This document shows positions 19,198 through 28,521 of a stretch of 63,693 bases of DNA, piece by piece (the first letter of the stretch is position 1; each line of letters begins with the position of its first letter). The notes under the pieces are model-generated. The model made no database searches, was not told the origin of the DNA, and saw nothing but the letters and a program-made list of their open reading frames with translations. Source of the DNA: Verrucomicrobiota bacterium (GTDB lineage: Bacteria; Verrucomicrobiota; Verrucomicrobiia; Limisphaerales; CANJSG01); contig JBBRDN010000003.1 in assembly GCA_038203875.1 (NCBI GenBank), forward strand, positions 1-63,693. Reading direction: 5' to 3'. A program made the position numbers and the translations under genes.

Positions 19198-22100
19198 TCG
19201 CCCGCATCATCGAATGGTCGCTGCGGAACCGCTTCCTCGTCGTCTGCGCGACCCTGATCGTGGCCGCCTGGGGCGTGAAGGCGCTCCGATCCACGCCTAT
19301 CGACGCGATCCCGGACCTGAGCGAAAACCAGGTGGTCGTCTTCGCCGACTGGCCGGGCCGCAGTCCGCAGGAGGTGGAGGACCAGGTGACGTATCCATTG
19401 TCCGTCAACCTCCAGGGCCTCTCCGGCGTGAAGACCGTGCGGGCGAACTCCATGTTCGGCTTCTCGCTCGTAACCGTGATCTTCGAGGACAAGATCGACA
19501 ACTACTTCGCCCGTTCCCGCGTGCTCGAACGGTTGAACTACCTCGGCAACCTCATGCCCGCCGGCGTCACGCCGTTGCTTGGGCCCGATGCGACCGGCCT
19601 CGGTTGGATCTACCAGTATTCACTCGCGGTCGACCCGAGCCTCGCGCTTTCGGGCGGATACGACCTCGGGCAGCTCCGGGCCTTGCAGGACTACTTCGTG
19701 CGTTACCAACTGCAAAGTGTTCCCGGCGTCGCGGAGGTCGCGAGCGTGGGCGGCTTTGTGAAGCAGTATCAGGTGGAAGTGTCCTCAACGAAGATGCGTG
19801 CGGCCGGCGTGTCTCTCCAGCGCGTGATGGAGGCGGTGAGCCAGGCCAACCTCAACGTGGGCGGGAAGGTCATCGAGGAAAACGGCATGGAGTTCGTCGT
19901 GCGCGGCGTCGGCCTCATCACCAACGCGACGGACATCGAATTGATCGCGGTGGCCGAACGGAACAACACACCGATCTACCTGCGCGACATCGCGAACATC
20001 GGGATCGGCGGCGAGTTCCGCCGCGGCGCGCTGGACGTGGACGGCCAGGAAGCCGTTGGCGGGATCGTGGTCATGCGCACCGGCGAAAACGCCAAGCAGG
20101 TGATCGATGCCGTGAAGGAAAAAATCCGGCAGATCAGCCCCAGCCTGCCGCCGGGCGTGAGCATCAAATCATTCTACGACCGCTCGGATCTGATCGGCCG
20201 GACGATCGACACGCTCCGGGTGGCGCTCGTCGAGGAGATCCTCCTCGTGACGCTGGCGCACATCATCTTCCTCTTCCACTTCCGCAGCATCCTGATCGTC
20301 ACGATCCCGTTGCCGGTCTCGATCCTGGTGTCGTTCATCCTCATGAACCACTTCGGCATCTCGTCGAACATCATGTCGCTTTCCGGAATCGCCATCGCCA
20401 TCGGGGTGCTTGTCGACGCCGGGATCGTGATGACGGAAAATGTCATCCGGCACTGCGAACGGGCGGAGGAGGAGAAAGCGAAGAAAGGAGATGTCTCACA
20501 TGCCCGTCTGACCGCCCGGGAAACCTGGGAGATTACCCTCGCCGCCGCCCAGCAGGTCGGCCGTCCCATCTTCTTCGCGATGGCCATCGTCATCCTGGCC
20601 TTTGTGCCCGTGTTCGTGATGGGCGGCCAGGAAGGCAAACTCTTCCATCCACTCGCATGGACGAAGACGTTCGCGTTGGTCGGCGCCACGTTGCTGGCCG
20701 TGACCATCGTGCCGGTGCTGTGCTCGCTGCTCGTGCGTGGACCCTTCCACAGCGAGGACCGCAACTGGATCATCCGTTTCCTGCTGAAGATCTATGAGCC
20801 CGTCCTCGACTGGGCGCTGCACCGCCGCAAGACGGTGCTGACACTGGCTGCGGCGATTCTCCTGTTCTCCCAGGCCATGGCGTGGGGCCTGCCGAAGAGC
20901 TGGTTTTCCACGTTGGGCCTCGGTTCGTCGTCACTGCCCGCGCGGCTGTTTGCCGGCTTCGGCCGCGAGTTCATGCCGACTTTGAACGAGGGTTCCCTGC
21001 TCTTCATGCCCGTGCTGCTGCCAAGCACGTCGTTGACCGAGGTAAAGCGCATCATGTCGTGGCAGGACCGCGTCATCCGCGACACGCCCGAAGTGGAGTC
21101 CGTCGCCGGCAAACTCGGCCGCGCGGAGACTGCGACCGATCCGGCGCCCGTCGAGATGATCGAGACGACGATCATGTTGAAGCCCGAATACATCGCCGAC
21201 GGTTGGCGGGTGAAACGCAACCCAACCTGGCGCGAAGGGATGACCATCCAGATGCTCAGGGCCGAGTTGGCGCAAAAACTGACGACTGTGCCGGGCTACA
21301 TCCCCGGATTCCTCCAGCCGATCGAGAACCGCATTCTCATGATCAGCACCGGCATCCGCGCCCAGGTCGGCGTGAAGATCCTAGGCGACAACCTCGACGC
21401 GCTTCAGGCCAAGGCCTTCGAGGTGGAGAAGATCGTCCGCGATGTCCGCGGGGCCCTGGGTGTCGCGGCGTCGCGCGTGCAGGGCAAACCCTACGTCGAA
21501 ATCCATCTCAAACGCGAAGCCATGGCGCGCTTCGGCCTGTCCGCGCAGGGCGTGCTCGACGTCGTCGAAGCGGGGATGGGCGGCAAGAACGTTTCCACCA
21601 CGATCCAAGGGCGTGAACGGTTTCCCATCCAAGTGCGCCTCGAACGCAGCGAGCGCGACGACATCGAACGGCTGGGCGACGTGCTCGTGACCGCGCCCAA
21701 TGGCCAGGTGATTCCCCTAGGCCAAGTGGCGGAGATCCGGCGCGTCCTTGGCCCGAGCGAGATCGCCAGCGAGAACGGGCGCCTGCGTGTCTTCGTCCAA
21801 TCCAACGTGCAGGACCGCGACCTCGGCGGCTTCGTCGACGACGTAAAGACGCGGCTGAAGCGCGAGATCGAGCCGGGCCTCCTCGGCACGGGCATGACGA
21901 TCGAATACAGCGGCCAGTATGAGAACCAGATCCACGCCGAGAAGACGCTGCTCCTGATCATCCCCGTTGTTCTGCTGGTCATCTTTCTTCTGCTCTTCAT
22001 CACCTACCAGTCCTTCAGCGAAGCCGCGCACGTCCTGCTCGCGGTCCCGTTCGCGCTCAGCGGCGGCGTCTTCCTCCAATGGTGGCTGGGCTACAATTTC

Positions 22101-22475
22101 AGCGTGGCCGTATGGGTCGGCTACATCGCGCTCTTCGGCATCGCCATCCAGACGGGGGTCGTGATGGTCGTGTTCCTCGAGGAGATGCTGGCCAAGAAGA
22201 AGGCCGAACGCGGCGACGCCTTCAACGCCGCCGACCTCATCCAAGCCGTCAAGGACGGGGCCAAGCTGCGGCTGCGGCCCAAGGTCATGACCGTGGCCAC
22301 GACCATCGCCAGCCTGTTGCCCATCATGTGGAGCGCCCGCGCCGGCGCCGAGGTCATGAAGCCCCTTGCCACGCCCGTGATCGGCGGCGTCCTCAGCAGT
22401 CTCGTCCACATCCTTATCGTGACCCCCGTGATTTTCGCGTGGCTGCGGGAGCGGGAGCTGAAGAAACGGCTGTAG
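19194..22475 (+). CDS. CusA/CzcA family heavy-metal efflux RND transporter
   Basis: 1093 aa with a 12-TM RND layout. GTG start overlaps the adaptor stop (GTGA). N-terminus MIARIIEWSLRNRFLV is typical of the HME-RND family. Confidence 0.95.
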   Translation: MIARIIEWSLRNRFLVVCATLIVAAWGVKALRSTPIDAIPDLSENQVVVFADWPGRSPQEVEDQVTYPLSVNLQGLSGVKTVRANSMFGFSLVTVIFEDKIDNYFARSRVLERLNYLGNLMPAGVTPLLGPDATGLGWIYQYSLAVDPSLALSGGYDLGQLRALQDYFVRYQLQSVPGVAEVASVGGFVKQYQVEVSSTKMRAAGVSLQRVMEAVSQANLNVGGKVIEENGMEFVVRGVGLITNATDIELIAVAERNNTPIYLRDIANIGIGGEFRRGALDVDGQEAVGGIVVMRTGENAKQVIDAVKEKIRQISPSLPPGVSIKSFYDRSDLIGRTIDTLRVALVEEILLVTLAHIIFLFHFRSILIVTIPLPVSILVSFILMNHFGISSNIMSLSGIAIAIGVLVDAGIVMTENVIRHCERAEEEKAKKGDVSHARLTARETWEITLAAAQQVGRPIFFAMAIVILAFVPVFVMGGQEGKLFHPLAWTKTFALVGATLLAVTIVPVLCSLLVRGPFHSEDRNWIIRFLLKIYEPVLDWALHRRKTVLTLAAAILLFSQAMAWGLPKSWFSTLGLGSSSLPARLFAGFGREFMPTLNEGSLLFMPVLLPSTSLTEVKRIMSWQDRVIRDTPEVESVAGKLGRAETATDPAPVEMIETTIMLKPEYIADGWRVKRNPTWREGMTIQMLRAELAQKLTTVPGYIPGFLQPIENRILMISTGIRAQVGVKILGDNLDALQAKAFEVEKIVRDVRGALGVAASRVQGKPYVEIHLKREAMARFGLSAQGVLDVVEAGMGGKNVSTTIQGRERFPIQVRLERSERDDIERLGDVLVTAPNGQVIPLGQVAEIRRVLGPSEIASENGRLRVFVQSNVQDRDLGGFVDDVKTRLKREIEPGLLGTGMTIEYSGQYENQIHAEKTLLLIIPVVLLVIFLLLFITYQSFSEAAHVLLAVPFALSGGVFLQWWLGYNFSVAVWVGYIALFGIAIQTGVVMVVFLEEMLAKKKAERGDAFNAADLIQAVKDGAKLRLRPKVMTVATTIASLLPIMWSARAGAEVMKPLATPVIGGVLSSLVHILIVTPVIFAWLRERELKKRL

Positions 22476-22609
22476 CCGCATTGGGTCACAGCAGAGGACG
22501 CCTGAGGGCCACTGCCTATCGGAGGAGCAGCCGATCCGCGGGGAGACACAGACTCAGCAAGTGCGACCAGCGACCCGGTCTTAGAGCTATTTCGAGAAGA
22601 GCTCTTACC

Positions 22610-22891
22610 TCAGTAACAAAAACCTAAATGCACACGTTCACGGATGGCTCGAATCGACTCAGCGTTCGTCTGGCTGCGGCCATTCGAGTGCAAAGGGCTG
22701 AAGTGTGGGCACGAACGCGACGCCTGAACAATGCAGCGGAGCGCATTTGCCCATGCTTCCCTTTTCCAGCGTTCTATAAATTTGGAATGGTCATCCGTGG
22801 CTGAGAAAGCGACGGGAGCAAACCCACTCCAAACAGCAATCTCAGTCAGCCCTGCCAGTGTCGCGACCGCGCACGACACTTCGAGAACCAC
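22610..22891 (-). CDS. Hypothetical ORF in the lower-GC islet (doubtful)
   Basis: 93 codons, GTG start. Overlaps the zinc-ribbon ORF by 50 nt in another frame. No family recognised. Confidence 0.3.
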   Translation of the reverse strand: MVLEVSCAVATLAGLTEIAVWSGFAPVAFSATDDHSKFIERWKREAWANALRCIVQASRSCPHFSPLHSNGRSQTNAESIRAIRERVHLGFCY

Positions 22892-23093
22892 AGCGTGGAC
22901 ATTTTGGAAGAGCTGTTTCTGACACTCTTCCGCCGCAGACCCGACAAGGTTGCCTGCCTTTCTTTAAGTCGGACCAGCCACCCGGTTCGCCGCATGCTTC
23001 GCACGCTCCCACTCCTCCAAACATAACAAGACCAAGCGTCGCGACATAAGTGACTCCACAACTGCCGCAGTTAAGTTCAGTGATCGTTGCCAC
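22842..23093 (-). CDS. Small double zinc-ribbon protein (hypothetical)
   Basis: 83 aa with four CxxC pairs (C9/C12, C31/C34, C50/C53, C65/C68) and a short hydrophobic segment. Located in a roughly 55% GC pocket. Confidence 0.4.
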   Translation of the reverse strand: MATITELNCGSCGVTYVATLGLVMFGGVGACEACGEPGGWSDLKKGRQPCRVCGGRVSETALPKCPRCGSRSVVRGRDTGRAD

Positions 23094-23161
23094 GTCTTTC
23101 CGGATTGGTTCAAAGGGTCGCTCTGGCTCTCCCGCCTCGTTACCTCGGCGGCTGCGCCCGG

Positions 23162-24049
23162 TCAGTAGGAGCCGCTCAGGCCAATGCGCACGTAGGGCGC
23201 GCCGTCGCCGTTAAACTGGAGGTCGCGGTCGTGGTAGATGAAACGGCGGTCGATGACCCAGCCGCCCTCCATTTCGAGACGGAGCTTCTTGGAGACATCG
23301 TAGCGGACACCGGCTCCGGCGCGGATCTCACGGTAGGTCAGCAGTTCGCCGTCGAGAGTCGGATCGCCTAGGCGCGTGCCGAACTTGTCGCCCACGGTGT
23401 AGGCGCCACCCGTCAGCTCACCGCCGGCGAAGATCGCCAGCTTGTCGTCGAAGGCATACGTGACATTCGGACGCGGCAGCGTGATCGAGATCGTCCATTG
23501 CTCGGTCGGTTTCCAGACCGCGCCGATGGCCGGAAGAACGGGAATGTCGCGGCCGGACTGGAAGTTCACGCCGAAGAGGAACTGCCAGCGCGGATTCAGA
23601 TCGTAGCTGAAGAAAACGGTGACCGGCACGCTGAAGTCGTCGCCGCTGATGTCATCGAAGTCGGAGTAGAGGCCGGGCCGGGCGGACAACGCGAGGGTCC
23701 ACTTGTCGGCGAACTTCCAACGGTTGCCGAGGACGAGCGAGACGCCCTGGAGCGTGTTCGGCACGGCCAATCCGGGCGCCTTGGAGAAACCCCAGCGCTC
23801 GTAGTCGACGCCGACATTGTAGGCGTAGGTGTCGCTGACGCGGATGCGCGCGGTGTAGCGCAGGCCGACTTCGACGGCGTCCATCTCGCCGAGGTTCGCG
23901 GTGCCGCGCGAGATGTCGGCGGGGGCGCTGTAGCCGAAGCGCGCGGAGAAGGAGCCGCCGTAGTTGGAGGCGGGCCCTTCAGCCAGGGCATTGAAGGCGC
24001 AGGTCGAAAGGATGGAGGCGCAGAGCAGCTGCTGATGGAAGCGGTTCAT
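23162..24049 (-). CDS. Putative outer-membrane beta-barrel protein
   Basis: Internal ATG at 24049 gives the signal peptide MNRFHQQLLCASILSTCAFNALA. Alternating-hydrophobicity strands throughout, and an aromatic C-terminus ..VRIGLSGSY typical of OMP barrels. Confidence 0.65.
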   Translation of the reverse strand: MNRFHQQLLCASILSTCAFNALAEGPASNYGGSFSARFGYSAPADISRGTANLGEMDAVEVGLRYTARIRVSDTYAYNVGVDYERWGFSKAPGLAVPNTLQGVSLVLGNRWKFADKWTLALSARPGLYSDFDDISGDDFSVPVTVFFSYDLNPRWQFLFGVNFQSGRDIPVLPAIGAVWKPTEQWTISITLPRPNVTYAFDDKLAIFAGGELTGGAYTVGDKFGTRLGDPTLDGELLTYREIRAGAGVRYDVSKKLRLEMEGGWVIDRRFIYHDRDLQFNGDGAPYVRIGLSGSY

Positions 24050-24123
24050 GTGCACGCAAAATGAATCAGGCCGCCGCTCTTGCAAGCGACGGCCTGTAGA
24101 TTCTGGCAGGGTTCCACGGCCGG

Positions 24124-25935
24124 TCAGGCGACGGTGATCGAGTCGATGCGGAGGTTGCGGGTCTTGCCGCCGATCTCGAAGGGCACCACTTCGCCGACCT
24201 TGCGGTTGAAGAGCGCCTGGCCCATCGGCGTGAGGTAGCTGATCAAATTGTTGTCCGGATCGCCGTCCCAAGCGCCGAGGATCGAGTAGACTTCAGGCTG
24301 GTTGTTGGCCGTATCGGTCACGTTGACCTTGGTGCCGAGGCCCACGGCTTCGGTCTTGGCGTTGGCGAAGTCGGATCCCTTTGCGCGGGCGAGGTCGATC
24401 TCCAACTCGGCCTTGCGGCGCATCAGGACGCGCTGCTGTTCCTTGGCCGCCTTGTATTCGTGGTTCTCACGAAGGTCGCCGTAGCTGCGGGCGATGGCGA
24501 TCTCCTCGCGGTTTGCCGGGATCGCCTTCTGCACAAGCGTCGTATACTCGTTCTTGCGGCGCTCAAGGCTCGCCCAAGAAACCTGGATGCTGTTGTCCTG
24601 ACGGGTCTGCTCGCCGGAGATGAGCGACTGGATGGCGGGGTAGGCTTTGACGATGCGGCCGAGGAGCGAGCGCTTGTCCATGTCGTCGAACACGGGCGAA
24701 AGCTGGAGCGAACGGGTGAGATCCTTGATGACCTCGAGGTCCGACGAACCGATCAGGTCGACGATGAGTTCCTGGTCGCTGAGGATGTAGTCGCGCAGCT
24801 TGTTGGAGCGCTTCTCCATGAACTGGTCGCGCTCGATCGCGGTCAGCATGGCGCGGAAGACCTCGGCGTTGAGGATATCCGCGTAGGAATCGGAGCGTTC
24901 CTTGGCGAGCCACAGCAGCAGGTCGGAGCTGGCGGAGTGCTGGCTGATGAGGCGGTTCAGGTCGGCCTTGAAGAAATCCCCGCGGCCACCGGCGATGAGC
25001 GTGTAGCCGATTTCACCGGCCAGCTTGGTGGAGACGTTGTTCAGGATTCCGAGGAGCGCCTCGGACCAGACCGGGGTGGATTCCTTGAAGGACTGGAGGG
25101 CCTTGCGCTGCTTGGCGGCGGTGATGTCTTCCAACAGCGAGGCGACGCGGATGGTGTCCTGCTGCCAGAGCGCGGTGGCGGAAAGCTCGCCTTCGGCAGG
25201 TTTGAGTCCCGCGGCCTGGGCGAGTTCGTCACGGACGAAGATCGCTTCCAACGCGATGGCCGGCTGGGTGCGTTGATGGCTGGATATATCGGCGTTGAGC
25301 GCGGCGATGATCTCGGTGGCCAATTCCACTTTGCCGTCGACGTCGTCGAAGCTCTTGAGCGCTTCGGTCACCACTCCCACGCGGATCTTGAGGCCCTTGG
25401 CGGCCTTGAAATCGGCGAGGATACGGCTGCCGAGGGTGGATTCGCCGGCGGTGTAGGTGATCGGGTCGGTCTTCTTGCTGGAAAGGGTGAAGTGGCCGTC
25501 CTTCTTCATCTCTCGCTTGGCGGCTTCCCACCACTTCTTCCAGTCGTCCCGGATGACGTCGGGAACGAGAGCCTGCATGACCTGGTCGGGCGTGGCCCTG
25601 CCGCCGTAGCTGTTGAGGACCAGCTTCACGAGATCGAGGTGGTTCTGCGCGGCGAGGCGGCGGAGGGAGTCGATGTCGGAAAGTTTACGGGCGAGGATGT
25701 GGTCGGCGGCGATGGCCTTGAGGGAATCGGCCGCAAAGCTGAGATCCATCGCGTGTCCGGCCTTGCCCTGGAAATCGATCGTGAAGCGCGCGAACACCAG
25801 GTCGACCTGGCTGATGCGTCCGAAACCCCAGCTCTTGTGGACGCAGAAACGCTGCTCCGTCAGCGCGACAAGGGGTTCCACGTGATGCGGCTTGATCTTG
25901 CCGCTTGCCGCCAGTTTCTCGAATTCGTCTCTCAT
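24124..25935 (-). CDS. greA: GreA/GreB family transcript-cleavage factor with a roughly 450-aa N-terminal extension
   Basis: The C-terminal ~150 aa carry the GreA signature ARSYGDLRENHEYKAAKEQQ plus the globular domain ..VYSILGAWDGDP..ISYLTPMGQALFNRKVGEVV. The start was taken at ATG 25935 (MRDEFEKL). Confidence 0.85.
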   Translation of the reverse strand: MRDEFEKLAASGKIKPHHVEPLVALTEQRFCVHKSWGFGRISQVDLVFARFTIDFQGKAGHAMDLSFAADSLKAIAADHILARKLSDIDSLRRLAAQNHLDLVKLVLNSYGGRATPDQVMQALVPDVIRDDWKKWWEAAKREMKKDGHFTLSSKKTDPITYTAGESTLGSRILADFKAAKGLKIRVGVVTEALKSFDDVDGKVELATEIIAALNADISSHQRTQPAIALEAIFVRDELAQAAGLKPAEGELSATALWQQDTIRVASLLEDITAAKQRKALQSFKESTPVWSEALLGILNNVSTKLAGEIGYTLIAGGRGDFFKADLNRLISQHSASSDLLLWLAKERSDSYADILNAEVFRAMLTAIERDQFMEKRSNKLRDYILSDQELIVDLIGSSDLEVIKDLTRSLQLSPVFDDMDKRSLLGRIVKAYPAIQSLISGEQTRQDNSIQVSWASLERRKNEYTTLVQKAIPANREEIAIARSYGDLRENHEYKAAKEQQRVLMRRKAELEIDLARAKGSDFANAKTEAVGLGTKVNVTDTANNQPEVYSILGAWDGDPDNNLISYLTPMGQALFNRKVGEVVPFEIGGKTRNLRIDSITVA

Positions 25936-25988
25936 TGTGCCAAAAATCAAATCTCGCGTTGAACGTCCGGTCTTTAGGTAATACCCGT

Positions 25989-27287
25989 GTGATCGGACAA
26001 AGACCAAGAGAAATTGCCCTGCGCACGCTCCTCGAAGCCCGCGATGGTGGGTTCATCGAGGACGTTCTGGAGACGCATCTGGCCGCGGCGGACCTGCCGG
26101 ACCATGACCGAGGGCTCTGCCGCGAGCTGGTCTTCGGCACAGTGCGTTGGCGGGCGACGCTGGACTGGCTCATCTCCCGCCGCACGCAGCACCGGCCCCA
26201 GAAGGCTGCGTTGGAGGAGCTTCTCCGCCTCGGGCTCTACCAGCTCTTCTGGCTCGACCGCGTTCCCGACCACGCCGCGGTTCACGAGACGGTCAATCTT
26301 TCGAAGGCGATGGGCCTCGTCTCGCAGGCGGGCTTCATCAACGCCGTCCTCCGCGCCAGCCTGCGCGACGGTGAAATCATCCGCGCGGAATTGGCCCGCC
26401 TCCGCAACGAACAACCCGCGCTTGGTTGGTCGCAACCCGCGTGGCTCGTCGATCGCTGGCTCGCACGCTGGGGTGCGGAAAAGACGGCCGCGCTCCTCGC
26501 GTGGAACAACACGGCGCCGTCCACCTTCGCCCGGCGCAACGCGGTCCATTTCACAGTCGCCGATCTTGAGGCCGCGTGGACGGAGGAAGGCGTGCAGGCG
26601 TTGCCGAAGTCGTTTCCCTGGGTCGAAGACCATCTCGTCTACGAGTTCGCCAGCCACCCGCCGCTGAGCGAGTTGCAAAGCTTCCTCAAGGGCGGCTTCT
26701 ACGTGCAGGATCCGAGCACTCTCCTGGCGGTGGCCGAGCTCGACCCGCAGCCCGGCGAACGGATCCTCGACGCATGCGCCGCGCCCGGCGGCAAGGCCAC
26801 CTACATCGCACAACGCATGCAGGACCGCGGCGAGATCATCGCCGAGGACAGCGCCCAAGGCCGCCTGGAAACGGTGAAACAGAACTTCATGCGGCTCGGC
26901 CTCCGGAGCATCACCGCGGTCTGGGCCGACCCGCTGCAGGAGGCGCCCACCGGCGAACCCTTCGACCGCATCCTCATCGACGCCCCGTGCTCCAACACCG
27001 GCGTGCTCCGCCGTCGCGTGCAGCTCCGCTGGCGCGTTCGGCCGGACGAGATCATCCGGCTCCGCACGGACCAGCTGCAAATCCTGGAACGTTGTGCGGC
27101 CCGGCTGAAACCCGGCGGCATCCTCGTCTACAGCACGTGCAGTCTGGAATCGGAGGAGAACGAAGAAGTGGTCGCGGAGTTTCTCGCCAAACACCCGGAG
27201 TTCACCGTCGAACGGCAACGCGCGCTCACGCCGATGGACGACGGTGTGGACGGAGCCTTCGTGGCGCGGCTGAAGAAAGTGACCTGA
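25989..27287 (+). CDS. rsmB: 16S rRNA (cytosine967-C5)-methyltransferase
   Basis: NusB-like N-terminal domain. SAM and catalytic motifs ILDACAAPGGKAT, IDAPCSNTGVLRRR and LVYSTCSLESEENE. GTG at 25989 was chosen to avoid overlap with greA. Confidence 0.85.
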   Translation: MIGQRPREIALRTLLEARDGGFIEDVLETHLAAADLPDHDRGLCRELVFGTVRWRATLDWLISRRTQHRPQKAALEELLRLGLYQLFWLDRVPDHAAVHETVNLSKAMGLVSQAGFINAVLRASLRDGEIIRAELARLRNEQPALGWSQPAWLVDRWLARWGAEKTAALLAWNNTAPSTFARRNAVHFTVADLEAAWTEEGVQALPKSFPWVEDHLVYEFASHPPLSELQSFLKGGFYVQDPSTLLAVAELDPQPGERILDACAAPGGKATYIAQRMQDRGEIIAEDSAQGRLETVKQNFMRLGLRSITAVWADPLQEAPTGEPFDRILIDAPCSNTGVLRRRVQLRWRVRPDEIIRLRTDQLQILERCAARLKPGGILVYSTCSLESEENEEVVAEFLAKHPEFTVERQRALTPMDDGVDGAFVARLKKVT

Positions 27288-27301
27288 AATCCGAAACGCC
27301 C

Positions 27302-28102
27302 TTGAGCTGGGAAATCTTGAACAAACCCCTGCAGCCGCTGACTCCCGGCGGAGCGGCGGCGTTTGCCGGGGCTTCCCTGACGCGCCTGTTCGTGGTGCAG
27401 CTCCTGTTCTCCTTCGGCACCGCAGTCGCGATGGTGTTCTTCGTCACCACCAACGTCTCCCCGGTCATAGGCGACTTCATCCGCCAGATTCCCGAAGACG
27501 CAGTGATGAGCCGGGGCGAAGTCATCGGTCTCGGCCCGGCCAAACCGGCGGCGGCGGCGGCTTTTCTGAGCATTTCATTGTCCGAAAAGTCAGCGGTGGT
27601 GCCCGACAGGCCAGCCGATCTCGACGTCCGCCTTGGCGCGACCAACTTCAGCGCCTGTGGAATCCTCGGCTGCGTCACTCGGCCCTACGACGTCTCGTGG
27701 ACTTTCGCCATAGGCCGCGGCCAGATGGAGCCGAAATGGGGCGCATGGAAACCGCTCGTCTACATCGTGACCGCGCTGGGCGTGATGACCGGGCTGATGA
27801 TCGTTTGGGCGGCATGCGCGACGATCTATTTCCTACCGGTGCGCCTGCTCGCCTTCTTCGCCGACCGGGAGTTGACGATCATCGGCTCATGGAAGATGTC
27901 CGGCGCGGCGCAGATGACCGGATCCGTGATCCTGACGGCCGGTGTGGTCCTTTACGCGCTGCGGCTGCTCGACCTGCCGCTGCTGGCCGGTGTGATGGCG
28001 CTGCACCTCATTGTGAGCTGGGTCTACGTCCCGTGCGCTCTGGCAAAACGACCGAAGGTGGAGAAGGCCGCGAAGGTCGCGGGGAATCCGTTTGCGGGGT
28101 AG
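27302..28102 (+). CDS. Hypothetical integral membrane protein
   Basis: Several clear TM helices (LFVVQLLFSFGTAVAMVFFV, LVYIVTALGVMTGLMIVWAACATIYF, and others). The start is uncertain: in-frame TTG at 27302 or CTG at 27284, with no ATG before the first TM helix. Confidence 0.55.
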   Translation: MSWEILNKPLQPLTPGGAAAFAGASLTRLFVVQLLFSFGTAVAMVFFVTTNVSPVIGDFIRQIPEDAVMSRGEVIGLGPAKPAAAAAFLSISLSEKSAVVPDRPADLDVRLGATNFSACGILGCVTRPYDVSWTFAIGRGQMEPKWGAWKPLVYIVTALGVMTGLMIVWAACATIYFLPVRLLAFFADRELTIIGSWKMSGAAQMTGSVILTAGVVLYALRLLDLPLLAGVMALHLIVSWVYVPCALAKRPKVEKAAKVAGNPFAG

Positions 28103-28143
28103 CTGGCGCAACCAGACATTTCTCGGCTACATGAACCGAGCGA

Positions 28144-28521
28144 TCAACGGGCGTGCCCCCAAACGTAGTTCCTAAACTCCCAGGCAAGCAGCGCCAGGCC
28201 AACAGCTGCGATGTGTAGAAAAGCAGCGCGGAAAGCCACTCGCCGCAATCTGCCTTCACGGTCGGCATGAGAGAGAATCCAGCCGACCAGTGGACCGTAG
28301 ATCAGAGCAACCGCAAGGTCAGGGCTGCCAGCTGCGCCCAACGAATCGTAGCCGCCCTGCGATTGCCTGAGAAACATAACGACCAGCGCCTGCGGACAAA
28401 GCAGCAACTCGACTTCCCCGCCAAAGACCAGGACGACGAAACACGCAGGAGCCATTAGAAATCCGGCTATCAAGAGACGCTTGGTTCTCATTGAAATACT
28501 GGCGCCCTGTAACTCCGTCAT
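28144..28521 (-). CDS. Small hypothetical membrane protein
   Basis: 125 aa with 3-4 hydrophobic helices. Its ATG overlaps the stop of the upstream lipoprotein gene (ATGA at 28518-28521). GC appears slightly lower than in the neighbours. Confidence 0.5.
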   Translation of the reverse strand: MTELQGASISMRTKRLLIAGFLMAPACFVVLVFGGEVELLLCPQALVVMFLRQSQGGYDSLGAAGSPDLAVALIYGPLVGWILSHADREGRLRRVAFRAAFLHIAAVGLALLAWEFRNYVWGHAR

